A stretch of 64,000 nt of DNA, from positions 544,001 to 608,000 of the forward strand of contig CAWBMV010000001.1 in NCBI GenBank assembly GCA_963789955.1. The letters are read 5' to 3'. Below, in pieces: positions 10,608 through 19,756 of this stretch. The stretch's first letter is position 1. Each line of letters opens with the position of its first letter. Source of the DNA: an uncultured Candidatus Rokubacteria bacterium. GTDB lineage: Bacteria; Methylomirabilota; Methylomirabilia; Rokubacteriales; CSP1-6. The notes beneath the pieces are model-generated. The model searched no databases. It was given only the letters and a program-made list of their open reading frames with translations, and had not been told where the DNA came from. A program made the position numbers and the translations under genes.

Positions 10608-10903
10608 TAGAGTCGCCTAGCCGCTTCGCTCACCCGACTATCCTCGAGCTCATCGTGTTCAGCGCAGCGCGCCCTCTCGTCCAGAACCCGATTGCGCCGG
10701 CATCGGGTTCGAGCGCATGCGACCGGCGACGCCGATTTGGTCCACCCAGGGGTCCGCGATGTCGGGCTCCCTGAGGCTCCGCGCACAACGCGCCGCGACG
10801 ATCCCTGGTCGCTCCAGAATACGCCCGTCAGCTCCATGACGGCGAGGACGACAGAGTCCGGTTCGGAATCACGCGCCCGCTGAACGCGACGCTCCGATTG
10901 CAT
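10607..10903 (-). CDS. Small hypothetical protein at head of the TCS operon (possibly frameshifted)
   Basis: ORF just downstream of a sigma-54 promoter; its stop abuts the next ATG. Confidence 0.3.
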   Translation of the reverse strand: MQSERRVQRARDSEPDSVVLAVMELTGVFWSDQGSSRRVVRGASGSPTSRTPGWTKSASPVACARTRCRRNRVLDERARCAEHDELEDSRVSEAARRL

Positions 10904-10917
10904 TCACACAGTCCATC

Positions 10918-10932
10918 GCAACGTTTGTGCCA
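10918..10932 (-). promoter_or_regulatory. Sigma-54 -24/-12 promoter TGGCACAAACGTTGC
   Basis: Consensus match facing the receiver-HK-activator operon; one CGACA half-site at 11013. Confidence 0.75.
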
Positions 10933-11059
10933 TCTCCGAACAATCCCGTCCGAGACCCGCAATCCCGGTCATGGAGCGAGCAAGGCGATGGATGCCACCA
11001 TAGGGAGAAGCGCGACAACGGAACGTGCGGCAGGCCGGCGGCCAGCGAGCAGGAAGTGG

Positions 11060-11733
11060 TGGCGTCCAGCAGCAGGACGTAGCCAACGCCGCGGACGGAG
11101 TGCAGGAGAGGCGGGCCCTGCTCACATCGATCTCGTGCGCGCAGATAGCCGACGTAGACATCGATGATGTTGCTGGGGCAAATGGAAACTGGCCGACATG
11201 TTCGGCGATCATGGCGCGGGGCAGGAGCCCGAGCCACGTTCCTCGGAGATGCTTCGAGTAGCGAATATTCTCGAGCCGTCAGGTCGATATTGCGGCCGCC
11301 CCGCGTGACCGTGTGGGTCGCCGGATCGAGGGTCAGGTCTGCCACGCCGAGGACGGGCCCGTTTTGCAGCCCACCCCGGCGTAGCAGTGCCCGGACCCTG
11401 GCCAGGAACTCCTCGAACTTGAACGGTTTCGTCAGATAGTCGTCGGCACCGAGGTCCAGCCCGGCAACCTTGTCGGCGGTACTGTCGCGCGCGCTGATGA
11501 CCAATACCGGGGTTTTCACGCCGCGGACTTCGCGTCGTCTTCAAGACTGAAAGGCCGTCACACTTCGGCAGGAGAATGTCGAGCACTACGAGGTCGTACG
11601 CGACTCCCGCCAGAAGCAGGTCCAGCGCCGAGGTGCCGTCCGCGGCCAGCTCGACAGCGTGCCCCTCTTCTTCGAGCCCTTGCCGGATAAAGTTCGCCAC
11701 TTTGCGTTCATCCTCGACGACCAAGATCTGCAT
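11060..11733 (-). CDS. OmpR-family response regulator (several frameshifts; 3' end uncertain)
   Basis: MQILVVEDE..., GADDYLTKPF, LTAREYSLLE, SNIIDVYVGYLR, HSVRGVGYVL. Confidence 0.8.
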
Positions 11734-11751
11734 AGTGTCTCCTCTCGGCGA

Positions 11752-14001
11752 TCATCCGGTTTCTCGCCCGAAGTCCGGGGCTGGAGGCATGTTCGCGCGC
11801 TCGGCCAGCTCGCCGAGGAGCAGACCGGCCCAGCGGTAGATGTTGTGTTCCTGGACCTGACGTCTCATCCTGGCCATGCGGAGCGTTCGCTCCTCCGGCG
11901 GCATCTCCATGGCCGCGCGAATCGCGGCGGCAGTCTCTTCGAAGTCGTAGGGGTTCACGAGCAGGGCGTCCCGGAGCTCTCGGGCGGCGCCGGTGAAGCG
12001 GCTCAGGATGAGCACACCGTCTTCGTCGTCGCTGACCGACACGAATTCCTTGGCGACGAGGTTCATGCCGTCGTGCAGCGCGGTGACGAGACAGAAGTCC
12101 GCGTGACGGTAGAACGGCCAGATGTCCTCACGGTTGTGGTGGCGCTTGAGATAGACGATCGGCCGCCAGCGTCGCGTACCGAGCGCGCGATTGACCTCAT
12201 CGATGGTCGGACGACCTCCGGCCGCAGGAGCTCCTGGTAGCGCTTGATGCGGCTGCGGCTGGGCGCCGCGAGCTGGACGAAGATCAGGCGCTCGCGATAC
12301 TCCGGATGGCGTTCGAAGAAGTGCTGCAGCGCGCGGAATCGCTCGGGCAGTCCCTTGGTGTAATCGATCCGCTCCACCCCGACCCCGAGCAGCTCGGTAT
12401 CGAGCCCGAGCTCGGCGAGTAGCCGGTCTCGCCGAGTGACGGACGGCACACTGTCCACGAATTCCGGGGCCACGCTGATGGGATAGGGCTTGACGTAGGT
12501 AGCGTGCTCGCCGCGCACCACCGCGAACCGCTCGCCGTCGATCCGGGCCTCCAGCGCGCGGTCGACGGTCTCCAGGAAGTTGTTGCAGTGGTACTGGGTG
12601 TGGAAGCCGATCAGATCGGCCCCCAGCATCCCGTGGAGGATCTCGTCTTGCCAGGGGCAGATTCCGAACGCCTCGAAATTCGGCCACGGGATGTGCCAGA
12701 AGATGGCCACCCGAGCGTCCGGCCGCTGCGCCTTGACGAAGGCCGGGAGCAGCGCCAAGTGATAGTCCTGGATGAGGACCATCGGCGCCTCTTGGCCATC
12801 CATCTCGTCCAGCAGCGCCTCGGCGAACTTCGCGTTGACGATCCGGTACTGCTCCCAGTCCTCGCTCCGGAAGAGCAGGCCGGGCGTGCACCACGTGGCA
12901 GAGCGGCCAGAGCCCCTCGTTGGAGAAGCCGTAGTAGTAGCCCTCCTCCTCCTCCTTGGTGAGCCACACGCGCCGCAGCGTGTAGGCGGGATCGTCCGTG
13001 GGCAGTCCGATGCGGCCGCGCGCATCGGCGGTCTCCTCGTCAGCTTCGCCGCTACCGTGGGCCACCCACACGCCGCCACACGCCCGCATCACCGGCTCCA
13101 GCGCCGTCACCACGCCGCTGGCCGGGACCTCCGCGTGGATGTGGCCCTCCCGGATGACGTGGCTGACGGGCTCGCGGTTCGAGACCACGAAGAGGGGCGC
13201 GCCCGTCGAAGCGCAGCCGCACGAACTGCTTGAGCCGCTCCTCCGTCCACGTCGACTCCCCGGACAGGCGCAGCGCCGCCTCGCGCTCGGCCGCCATCTG
13301 GGCGCGATAGAGGTTGCGCGCGAGCCCCGAGACCTCCTGGGCGAGGGGGCCGAACGGGCGTCGCGGCACGGAGGGCGGCGGCCAGGCTTGCCCACCTTGA
13401 GGGTCTTCGTCCATTCGGCGAGGGCGGACATGGGCCGCATGATCGTCATGCGCAGCACCAGGAAGGTGATGAGCGAGATGCCGAGGGCCAGCGCGAAGAA
13501 GCGCACGGCGCTGAGCTGCCACAGCCCGATCTCGGCGGCGGCCAGCTGGCCCGCGTCCAGGAACACCGCGAGGGCGCCGACCGCCCGGTCGTCCTGCTGG
13601 AGCGGCGTGGCGTAGACGTAGGTCTTCCCATTGGGGTCGAGGTTGCGCAAGCCCTGTACGGCGGTCGAGTGCGTGAGGGCGTCGGTGACTTCCGGGAGAG
13701 AGGACGGCACGGCTTTGCCGGGTGGCGCCATCGTGATGAGGCTCCCGAACGCGTCATAGACGGCGATACGACGCTCCGGCCGACCGAACTTCTTGAGCAC
13801 GCGGGCGATCCCCGGAGTCGAGGCGCGACGGACCGCGGGTTCGACAGACTCCTTCAAACCCTCTCCGAGAAGGCCGGCCCGACGCTCGAGATCCTCGAGC
13901 GAGCGGCGGCGCTCTTCCCGGACCTGAAAGAAGCCGAACGCGCCGACGACCAGGAGCGCACCGATCCAGATCGCGCTGAGCAGCCGAATAGTGACCTTCA
14001 T
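11752..14001 (-). CDS. otsA: Trehalose-6-phosphate synthase (GT20) with N-terminal transmembrane sensor/HAMP module (frameshifted)
   Basis: [57 protein letters not shown]; two TM helices in the first ~190 aa. Confidence 0.85.
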   Translation of the reverse strand: MKVTIRLLSAIWIGALLVVGAFGFFQVREERRRSLEDLERRAGLLGEGLKESVEPAVRRASTPGIARVLKKFGRPERRIAVYDAFGSLITMAPPGKAVPSSLPEVTDALTHSTAVQGLRNLDPNGKTYVYATPLQQDDRAVGALAVFLDAGQLAAAEIGLWQLSAVRFFALALGISLITFLVLRMTIMRPMSALAEWTKTLKVGKPGRRPPCRDARSAPSPRRSRGSRATSIAPRWRPSARRRCACPGSRRGRRSGSSSSCGCASTGAPLFVVSNREPVSHVIREGHIHAEVPASGVVTALEPVMRACGGVWVAHGSGEADEETADARGRIGLPTDDPAYTLRRVWLTKEEEEGYYYGFSNEGLWPLCHVVHARPALPERGLGAVPDRQREVRRGAAGRDGWPRGADGPHPGLSLGAAPGLRQGAAAGRSGGHLLAHPVAEFRGVRNLPLARRDPPRDAGGRSDRLPHPVPLQQLPGDRRPRAGGPDRRRAVRGGARRARYLRQALSHQRGPGIRGQCAVRHSARPATRRARARYRAARGRGGADRLHQGTARAIPRAAALLRTPSGVSRAPDLRPARGAQPQPHQALPGAPAAGGRPTIDEVNRALGTRRWRPIVYLKRHHNREDIWPFYRHADFCLVTALHDGMNLVAKEFVSVSDDEDGVLILSRFTGAARELRDALLVNPYDFEETAAAIRAAMEMPPEERTLRMARMRRQVQEHNIYRWAGLLLGELAERANMPPAPDFGRETG

Positions 14002-14053
14002 GCGACGCCCGAGATCCGGGACCGTAAGCCGCCAATCACCCTGCTGACGAGGG

Positions 14054-14068
14054 GCAAATGCGATGCCA
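14054..14068 (-). promoter_or_regulatory. Sigma-54 -24/-12 promoter TGGCATCGCATTTGC
   Basis: Consensus spacing, about 50 bp upstream of the otsA-fusion ATG. Confidence 0.75.
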
Positions 14069-14155
14069 GATCGAGGGAAACCAGGCTGAGCAGCCGGGAC
14101 GGATGGATCGCTTGCGGGTCGGGATCTGGACGTCTATGACGACGATCGCCATCCT

Positions 14156-14187
14156 CGACAACATGTCGTTGCTACGACACGTTGTCG
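14156..14187. promoter_or_regulatory. Tandem palindromic activator sites CGACAACATGTCG / CGACACGTTGTCG
   Basis: Two perfect CGACA-N3-TGTCG boxes starting 19 bp apart; 87 bp gap to the -24 box. Confidence 0.7.
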
Positions 14188-14347
14188 TGCGCGGCGGATG
14201 TCGGCGCTCGGCCTGCTGAAATCGGCGCGGAAGCCGCGAGAACGTCGGTCGCCCGCGCGCGACGATCGATAGGTTCGTCACGAGCGCGCAGCGATGAAGG
14301 ATCAGCGGGCCGCGCGCGATGTTCGGCGCTGACGCCTCGACAACGCG

Positions 14348-14690
14348 CTATGACGACACCTGAACCCGATCGTCACCGGGCGCTGAGGGCGGCGTGCGCA
14401 CCATCACCTCGAGCGGGCTGTCGGCGACGCGCATGGGCCGGGAGCGGTGCGGGAACGGGATCTCGATGCCCCGGGCATCGAACGCCTTCTTGAGCCGTCG
14501 ACGATACTCGCGGCCGACGATCCATTGCTGGATCGGAACCGTCTTGAGTCGCGCCTTGACCGTGACTGCGGAGTCCGTGAAGTCGTCGACGCCGAAGATC
14601 TCGATCTCCTCCAGGATGGACGGTGCGAAGCGCGGATCCTTTCGGAGCGTTTCCGCGACCTCTTTCATGATGTCGACCACCTGATCCGTA
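14348..14690 (-). pseudogene. mscS: Mechanosensitive channel MscS C-terminal fragment
   Basis: EIFGVDDFTDSAVTVKARLKT..QQWIVGREYRRRLKKAFDARGIEIPFP; TM N-terminus absent. Confidence 0.75.
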
Positions 14691-14795
14691 CATACCGGTC
14701 GAGTCGTCACGAAGCTGATCAGACCGGCCTCTCGAAGGAACCTGGTGCGGCTGCCGCTAGCCGTGCTGCGAGAGCGGCTTCGCGGTATTGGCGAC

Positions 14796-14827
14796 CAACA
14801 CGGTGTCGTCCTCACGACGTCTTGTCG
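14796..14827. promoter_or_regulatory. Tandem activator sites CAACACGGTGTCG / CGACGTCTTGTCG
   Basis: Starts 19 bp apart; 78 bp gap to the promoter at 14906. Confidence 0.6.
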
Positions 14828-14905
14828 CTCGGTTCCTTCGCCGGCTCACTGGCGCGTCGCGGGCAATGGTGTGTCATCGCGTGGCGATTCAGCGGCGGAA
14901 CCTGT

Positions 14906-14920
14906 TGGCACCTCGATTGC
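14906..14920 (+). promoter_or_regulatory. Sigma-54 -24/-12 promoter TGGCACCTCGATTGC
   Basis: Consensus match just upstream of the ATG at 14937. Confidence 0.75.
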
Positions 14921-14936
14921 CGGCGATGTAAGCGTG

Positions 14937-15344
14937 ATGCCGATAGCACGCGAGCAACTCAGTGGCCTGCGAGTGCTACTGGTCGAGGACGTCTTCGAGG
15001 TGCGCGAGATCACGCGCTGTATGCTGGAGGCGAAAGGCGCGACGGTGGTAGAGGCGAGCACTGGCCGCGAAGGGCTGTATCTGGTGAGGACGCAGGCGTT
15101 CGATGTCGTACTGACGGATCTGAGGCTCCCGGACATGTCCGGTGAAGCCGTGGTCAGGGGCCTCCGATCCCAATCGGAAGGACGAACGCCCGTGGCCGTC
15201 GTCAGCGGCGACGATGCGAAGGCCCTGTCGCAGGCCCTGGAACTCGGAGCGGAGCGTGCCTTCGGCAAGCCCGTAGACTGGAAAGGTCTGCTGCAGTATC
15301 TGCACGACAAGCGGAGGCCACGCTGGCGCGGAGCGGTTCCGTGA
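14937..15344 (+). CDS. Stand-alone response regulator receiver
   Basis: VLLVEDV, VLTDLRLPDMSG, VVSG, FGKPV. Confidence 0.85.
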   Translation: MPIAREQLSGLRVLLVEDVFEVREITRCMLEAKGATVVEASTGREGLYLVRTQAFDVVLTDLRLPDMSGEAVVRGLRSQSEGRTPVAVVSGDDAKALSQALELGAERAFGKPVDWKGLLQYLHDKRRPRWRGAVP

Positions 15345-15753
15345 GCGAGTCGGAGAAGCGCAGGACAGTGCTCGTGATCGAGGATGACATCGAGATGCGC
15401 GTGCTGCTCTGCGATGCCCTCGAGGTTGCCGGACATCGGGCGATCGGACATCCCGACGGGCGAGATATGCCGTATCTCGCCGAGCGCGAGCGGTTCGACG
15501 CCGGCTCATCCTCGACAAGGAGCTGCCCGGCCCGAACGGTCTCGATCTGCTTTCCTTCCTGAGCAAGCGGTTGCCGGGCGTTCCCGTGATCCTCGTGACG
15601 GCATTCGGAGGCCCGGGCGTCGCCGCCGAAGCGGCGAGTCGAGGTGCGTATACCTACCTCGAGAAGCCGTTCCGTATCGCGACCGTACTCGCGACGCTGG
15701 CGAGCGCCCCGTTGCCGTGTCGAGGCATGCTCAGCCCCGAGTGGCGCCCCTGA
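15341..15753 (+). CDS. Stand-alone response regulator receiver (frameshift near 15505)
   Basis: VLVIEDDIEMR...LDKELPGPNGLDLLSFL...VTAFGG...YLEKPFRIA; close paralog of 1937-2349. Confidence 0.8.
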
Positions 15754-16110
15754 ATGCAGGCGCCCTCGGCGCCCGGGTCGCCGGCGTTCATCGAGGCGCT
15801 GCTCGACCCGAGGGCCTATCCGCATCGCGTCACACGGGTCGAGCTCATCGAGACGCACATCTCCTGGGTGTTTCTCGCCGGGGTACGCGCCTACAAGCTC
15901 AAGAAGCCGGTGAACCTCGGCTTCCGGGACTTCACGACGCTCGACCGCCGTCGTTTCTTCTGTGAAGAGGCGGTCCGCCTGACTACGAGGCGCCGCAAGA
16001 CGAGGAAGGCGTCGTTCGCGTCGATGCGACCCGTGAGGCCGCCATGGCCACCCGGCGAGTGCTCGCGTCGATCGGCGTCGTCACGGCCGCCTCGAGGCCG
16101 GAGCTCTGAC
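15754..16110 (+). pseudogene. Aminoglycoside-phosphotransferase-like/AAA kinase protein with large internal deletion
   Basis: N-terminus VELIETHISWVFL..AYKLKKPVNLGF.DFTTL..RRFFCEE joins a short C-terminal-like segment (YEAP...VRVDAT). Confidence 0.65.
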
Positions 16111-16146
16111 GAGCCACCCCGGGGTCCGAGCGTCTGAGCGCGTGAG

Positions 16147-17451
16147 CTAGCCGGCGGGCTGGCTTCGCGTCCCGCTCCGTTGAAACGCCCATCGCAGCCC
16201 GACCGGCGTGACGAGCGTCGTCACGAGAACCATCACCACGACGGCCGAGAAGAGCCCCTGGGGCAGCAGGGGCTGGCTCTCGACGACAAGCGCGCTCCCG
16301 ATGCCCGCAAAGATCAGACCGACCTCGCCGCGGGGGATCATCCCGATCGCGATCGCGAACCGATTCGTCTCGCGGCCGACGCCGAAGGCGCACGCCGCTT
16401 TGCCGGCCAGCGCGCAGACCGTGAGGATGCCCGCGAAGGCCAGGGCGGTCGACGTGCCCACGCTACCGATGTGCACCTGGATGCCCATCAGGACGAAAAA
16501 GAGCGGAGCGAACAGGGCCTCGAGCGGGTGCAGCAGCTCGGCCAGGGTGCCCGCCTCCTGCTGGGCGCACACCTTGCCCGTAGGGGTCGAGCAGGATCCC
16601 CGCGGCGAAGGCGCCGACAATGTCGGCGAGTCCGATCAGCTCCGCGACGTACGCAAGCGAGAAGCACAGCCCGAGCCCCACGACCAGCATCGCTTCCGGG
16701 CGGTCGGTACGAGCCACGAGACGGATGATCGGACTCGACAAAAAATGGCCGACCACCGCGGTGGCGGCCAGGCACACCGCTCGGACGAGGATACCGCCGA
16801 CGGCCGATAGCGGAGAGCCCCGCCGCGCCCGCCGTCGCGACGCCAGTCACGACGCGAGAACGACGAGCCCGAGAATGTCGTCCATGACCGCCGCCCCCAG
16901 GATGATCTGCGCTTCACGAGTCTGGGTGACGCCCAGATCCTTCAGCACGCGGGCGGTGATGCCGACGCTCGTCGCGCAGAGAGTGGCCCCGACGAAGACA
17001 GGGTTATGGTTGGGCTCTCCGGAAGAAGCCAGACCGCTGCGCCCCAACCGAGTGCGATCGGGACGATCACACCGATCGAGGCGACGCGGAGTGATGAGAT
17101 CCCGACGCGGACGAAGGCGCGCAAGTCGGCTTCGAGGCCGACGCCGAAGAGGAGGATCAAGACTCCGACCTGAGCCAGAAATGAGAGAGCCGGGTCGGAC
17201 CGCACGAAGGCAATCCCATCGCCCCCGCCGAGGGCCGGCCACAGGTTTGCGAGGCCGATGCCGACCAGGAGCTCGCCCAGCACCGCGGGCTGCCGCAGGC
17301 GCTCGGCGATCAACCCCCCGGCCTTGGCGGCGCCGACCAGGAGGGCGAGAGCGAACAGCGTCGGACCGAAGCGCGAGTGGGCTTCCGCCCCGGCGGCCCA
17401 CGCGGCGGCCGGCGCGGCTGCGAGCACGAGGGCCGATGCGGCGTGCCTCAT
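16147..17451 (-). CDS. Cation:proton antiporter (CPA2 family), frameshifted
   Basis: QPAVLGELLVG, LFGVGLE, ATSVGIT, AAVMDDILG, PLFFVLMG, GMIPRGEVGLIFA. Confidence 0.85.
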
Positions 17452-17779
17452 CAGGCGGGCTCGGAAGGAATGTGATCTCCACACCGGCTTCGTTTGAACC
17501 GATCTTGAATGCTCTGGTGGAGGTCGGAGTAGATCCGCGCCATTGCCGTACGGGGTGTCAGTAGTGTACGCGAGTGTACGCTCTCAGCTCGCAGGTCTCG
17601 CAGAAATCGTCGATCGCGATCTGCGGCACGAACGGTGCGGGCAACGTCAGGATGCGCGGAGTCACGCGCGCCACGGGCAGGGACAGCTCGTGTACTGAAT
17701 GTATATCGCGAGACGAGCTCGGCCGACTGGAACTCTATCGGCCGCATCCAGGCCGGACCTGCGAGGTGGTGAGGGCGCG

Positions 17780-18314
17780 ATGTCTCGTGTAGCATTGGTG
17801 ACAATGTCGTTCCGCCGAGCGATCTTCCTGATTCTCGCAGTGCTTTTGATCGGCGCCCCTGCGACGGCGACCGCCCATTCCGCTCCCTCGGCTCCGATGT
17901 GCGTGGGCTGCGCTGCTTCGCCTGCCGACGCGCTGTCGTTCGTGATCGAACCCGGGTGGGCCGAAGGGCGCCGCATCGATGGGACCCCACGGGGAGCTCC
18001 TGCTTCTCGCTGGCGTTGCCGGCGCCTTCTGGTTCAGTGGATCCAGGCGCCTGCGTCCCGTAGGGCTCTCGCTCGTGCTGATTGTCGGCGGCTATGAGGG
18101 CGCGATTCACTCGGTGCATCACCTCGGCGATACCAACGCGGCAGCGCATTGTCGCGTCGCCTCGAGCCACGAGCACGTGAACGTCATCGACGTCGAGGTG
18201 CCTCGCCTCGGCAGCGCCATGCCTGCAGCCCGGCCCGATCCGATTCCGGTGCCGCCTTCGCCGGCACGCATCGTGGCACTCGCGCCCGATGTCGGCCGCG
18301 CCCCGCCCGCCTAG
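17780..18314 (+). CDS. Hypothetical membrane protein with His/Cys cluster and C-terminal RAPP (DUF2946-like), frameshift near 17980
   Basis: Signal/TM segments, HSVHH...HC....HEH, proline-rich tail ending GRAPPA-stop. Confidence 0.55.
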
Positions 18315-18444
18315 AGCTTCGCCCCGGGGACATTCACATTCGCTGAGCGCCGGCATGTCGGCCGTCGATCGGCTTCGGCCGGCGACCGCTGGTCACCGGA
18401 ACCACTCGGCAAATCGAAACGGTGAACAATAAGGGGGATCAGCC

Positions 18445-19032
18445 ATGCATGGCCATTGGCCCAGAGTCGGAACGGTTATCCTGACGATCGATTTTTTGAT
18501 GATCGCCGCCTTGGCGTGGGGGCAGGGGGATGTGAAGTCCATGGAGACCACACAGCCAGCCGCGAAGGGGCCGGCTCCGATTCGCACCACCATGGAGGCC
18601 CTGCACGCCTCTGGCGGAGTGCCGAAGGGTTGGAAGTTCCTCATGCCCAACGGCGACCCGGCGAAAGGTCGAGAGGTGTTCGTGACAATGAGATTGCTTT
18701 GCCGGGTGGGTGAAGGAGAAGAGTTGCAGGACTACAAGCGCGATCACAAACCCGGACCCGAGCTGACCGGAATGGGATCGCATCATCCCGCGGAGTATTT
18801 CGCGGAGTCCATCGTCAACCCCAACCGCGTGATCATACAGGGCGCCGGGTACACCGGCTCCGACGGGCTGTCCAAGATGCCGACGTACGGCGAAACCATG
18901 ACCGTGCAGCAGCTCGTGGACGTCGTCACGTACCTGAAGACGTTGAAAGGCGACATGGGCGGGATGCATGGAACGGGCGGCATGAAGCATGACGACACCA
19001 GTCAGCCGATGAAGCATCACGACATGAAGTAG
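18445..19032 (+). CDS. c-type cytochrome-like protein with Met/His-rich tail (heme motif region corrupted)
   Basis: GDPAKGREVF...GPELTGMG..H..EYFAESIVNP...SKMP.Y...MTVQQLVDVVTYL; no intact CxxCH in this frame. Confidence 0.7.
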   Translation: MHGHWPRVGTVILTIDFLMIAALAWGQGDVKSMETTQPAAKGPAPIRTTMEALHASGGVPKGWKFLMPNGDPAKGREVFVTMRLLCRVGEGEELQDYKRDHKPGPELTGMGSHHPAEYFAESIVNPNRVIIQGAGYTGSDGLSKMPTYGETMTVQQLVDVVTYLKTLKGDMGGMHGTGGMKHDDTSQPMKHHDMK

Positions 19033-19471
19033 GACGAGCCCGCGTGACCGGCGATCGTCAGGAGTCGGCCCTTCGGCCGTCGCCTTGCGCGGCGTCGGTC
19101 ACGCGGCGAACCCGGCGTCCGGCGCTCCGGTGCCGTCTAGCTTTAGGGGCCGGCGACCACCGGAACCGACCCGCGGCTCACGACCGTAACACCCGCGCTA
19201 GCGGGGCTCAGTGGGTCCTCATCACTGGCTACTCTTCATCCGCGCCGCGCGCGTCGGACCAGGCGCTCGTGCAGCACGGGAGCGTGACGGCGCTGATCTC
19301 CAGCCTGGTCCGAGTGGCGATCAGGCCACCGCTCCGGGCGCGACGCACCACCGAAGGCAGTTTCGATGAAGATTATTTCCCCGACAACGGCGTGGCGTCA
19401 CGCGCATGGCCAGGAACCCCGACACGATCCGCGGGCGCTAGTCCGGCGCGGCACCCGAAAATCCTGGTTCT

Positions 19472-19756
19472 CTATTGGCGCCTGGTGTATCCCCTCGCAA
19501 CGAGGCATCGCTCGGCGAACGCCTGGCGCTGCCCGATGGGACGGATAATGTTGGGGGCGGCCTCGCGTGCCTCGATGTCGCACTCGTACGCGTCCTTCTG
19601 CCAGCTCCGGTCTTTCGGCGCAACCCATTCGGTGTAAACGAGGCTAATGCCGCCGGCCGAGTAGACCTCGCTGCCCTTGTCGTAGAGCATGAGGCCGCAG
19701 CCGGCCAACATCGGCGCCCAGAGCCAGACCCACTGCCGCAGGCCGCGCACCGCCAC
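19472..19756 (-). CDS. Small hypothetical lipoprotein
   Basis: Lipobox-like LAGC; DAYEC...ERCLVARGY pattern; start abuts the upstream stop. Confidence 0.55.
   Translation of the reverse strand: MAVRGLRQWVWLWAPMLAGCGLMLYDKGSEVYSAGGISLVYTEWVAPKDRSWQKDAYECDIEAREAAPNIIRPIGQRQAFAERCLVARGYTRRQ

Noticed and set aside
19044..19470. ORFs between the cytochrome and the lipoprotein
   Set aside because: No motifs or consistent coding signal on either strand.
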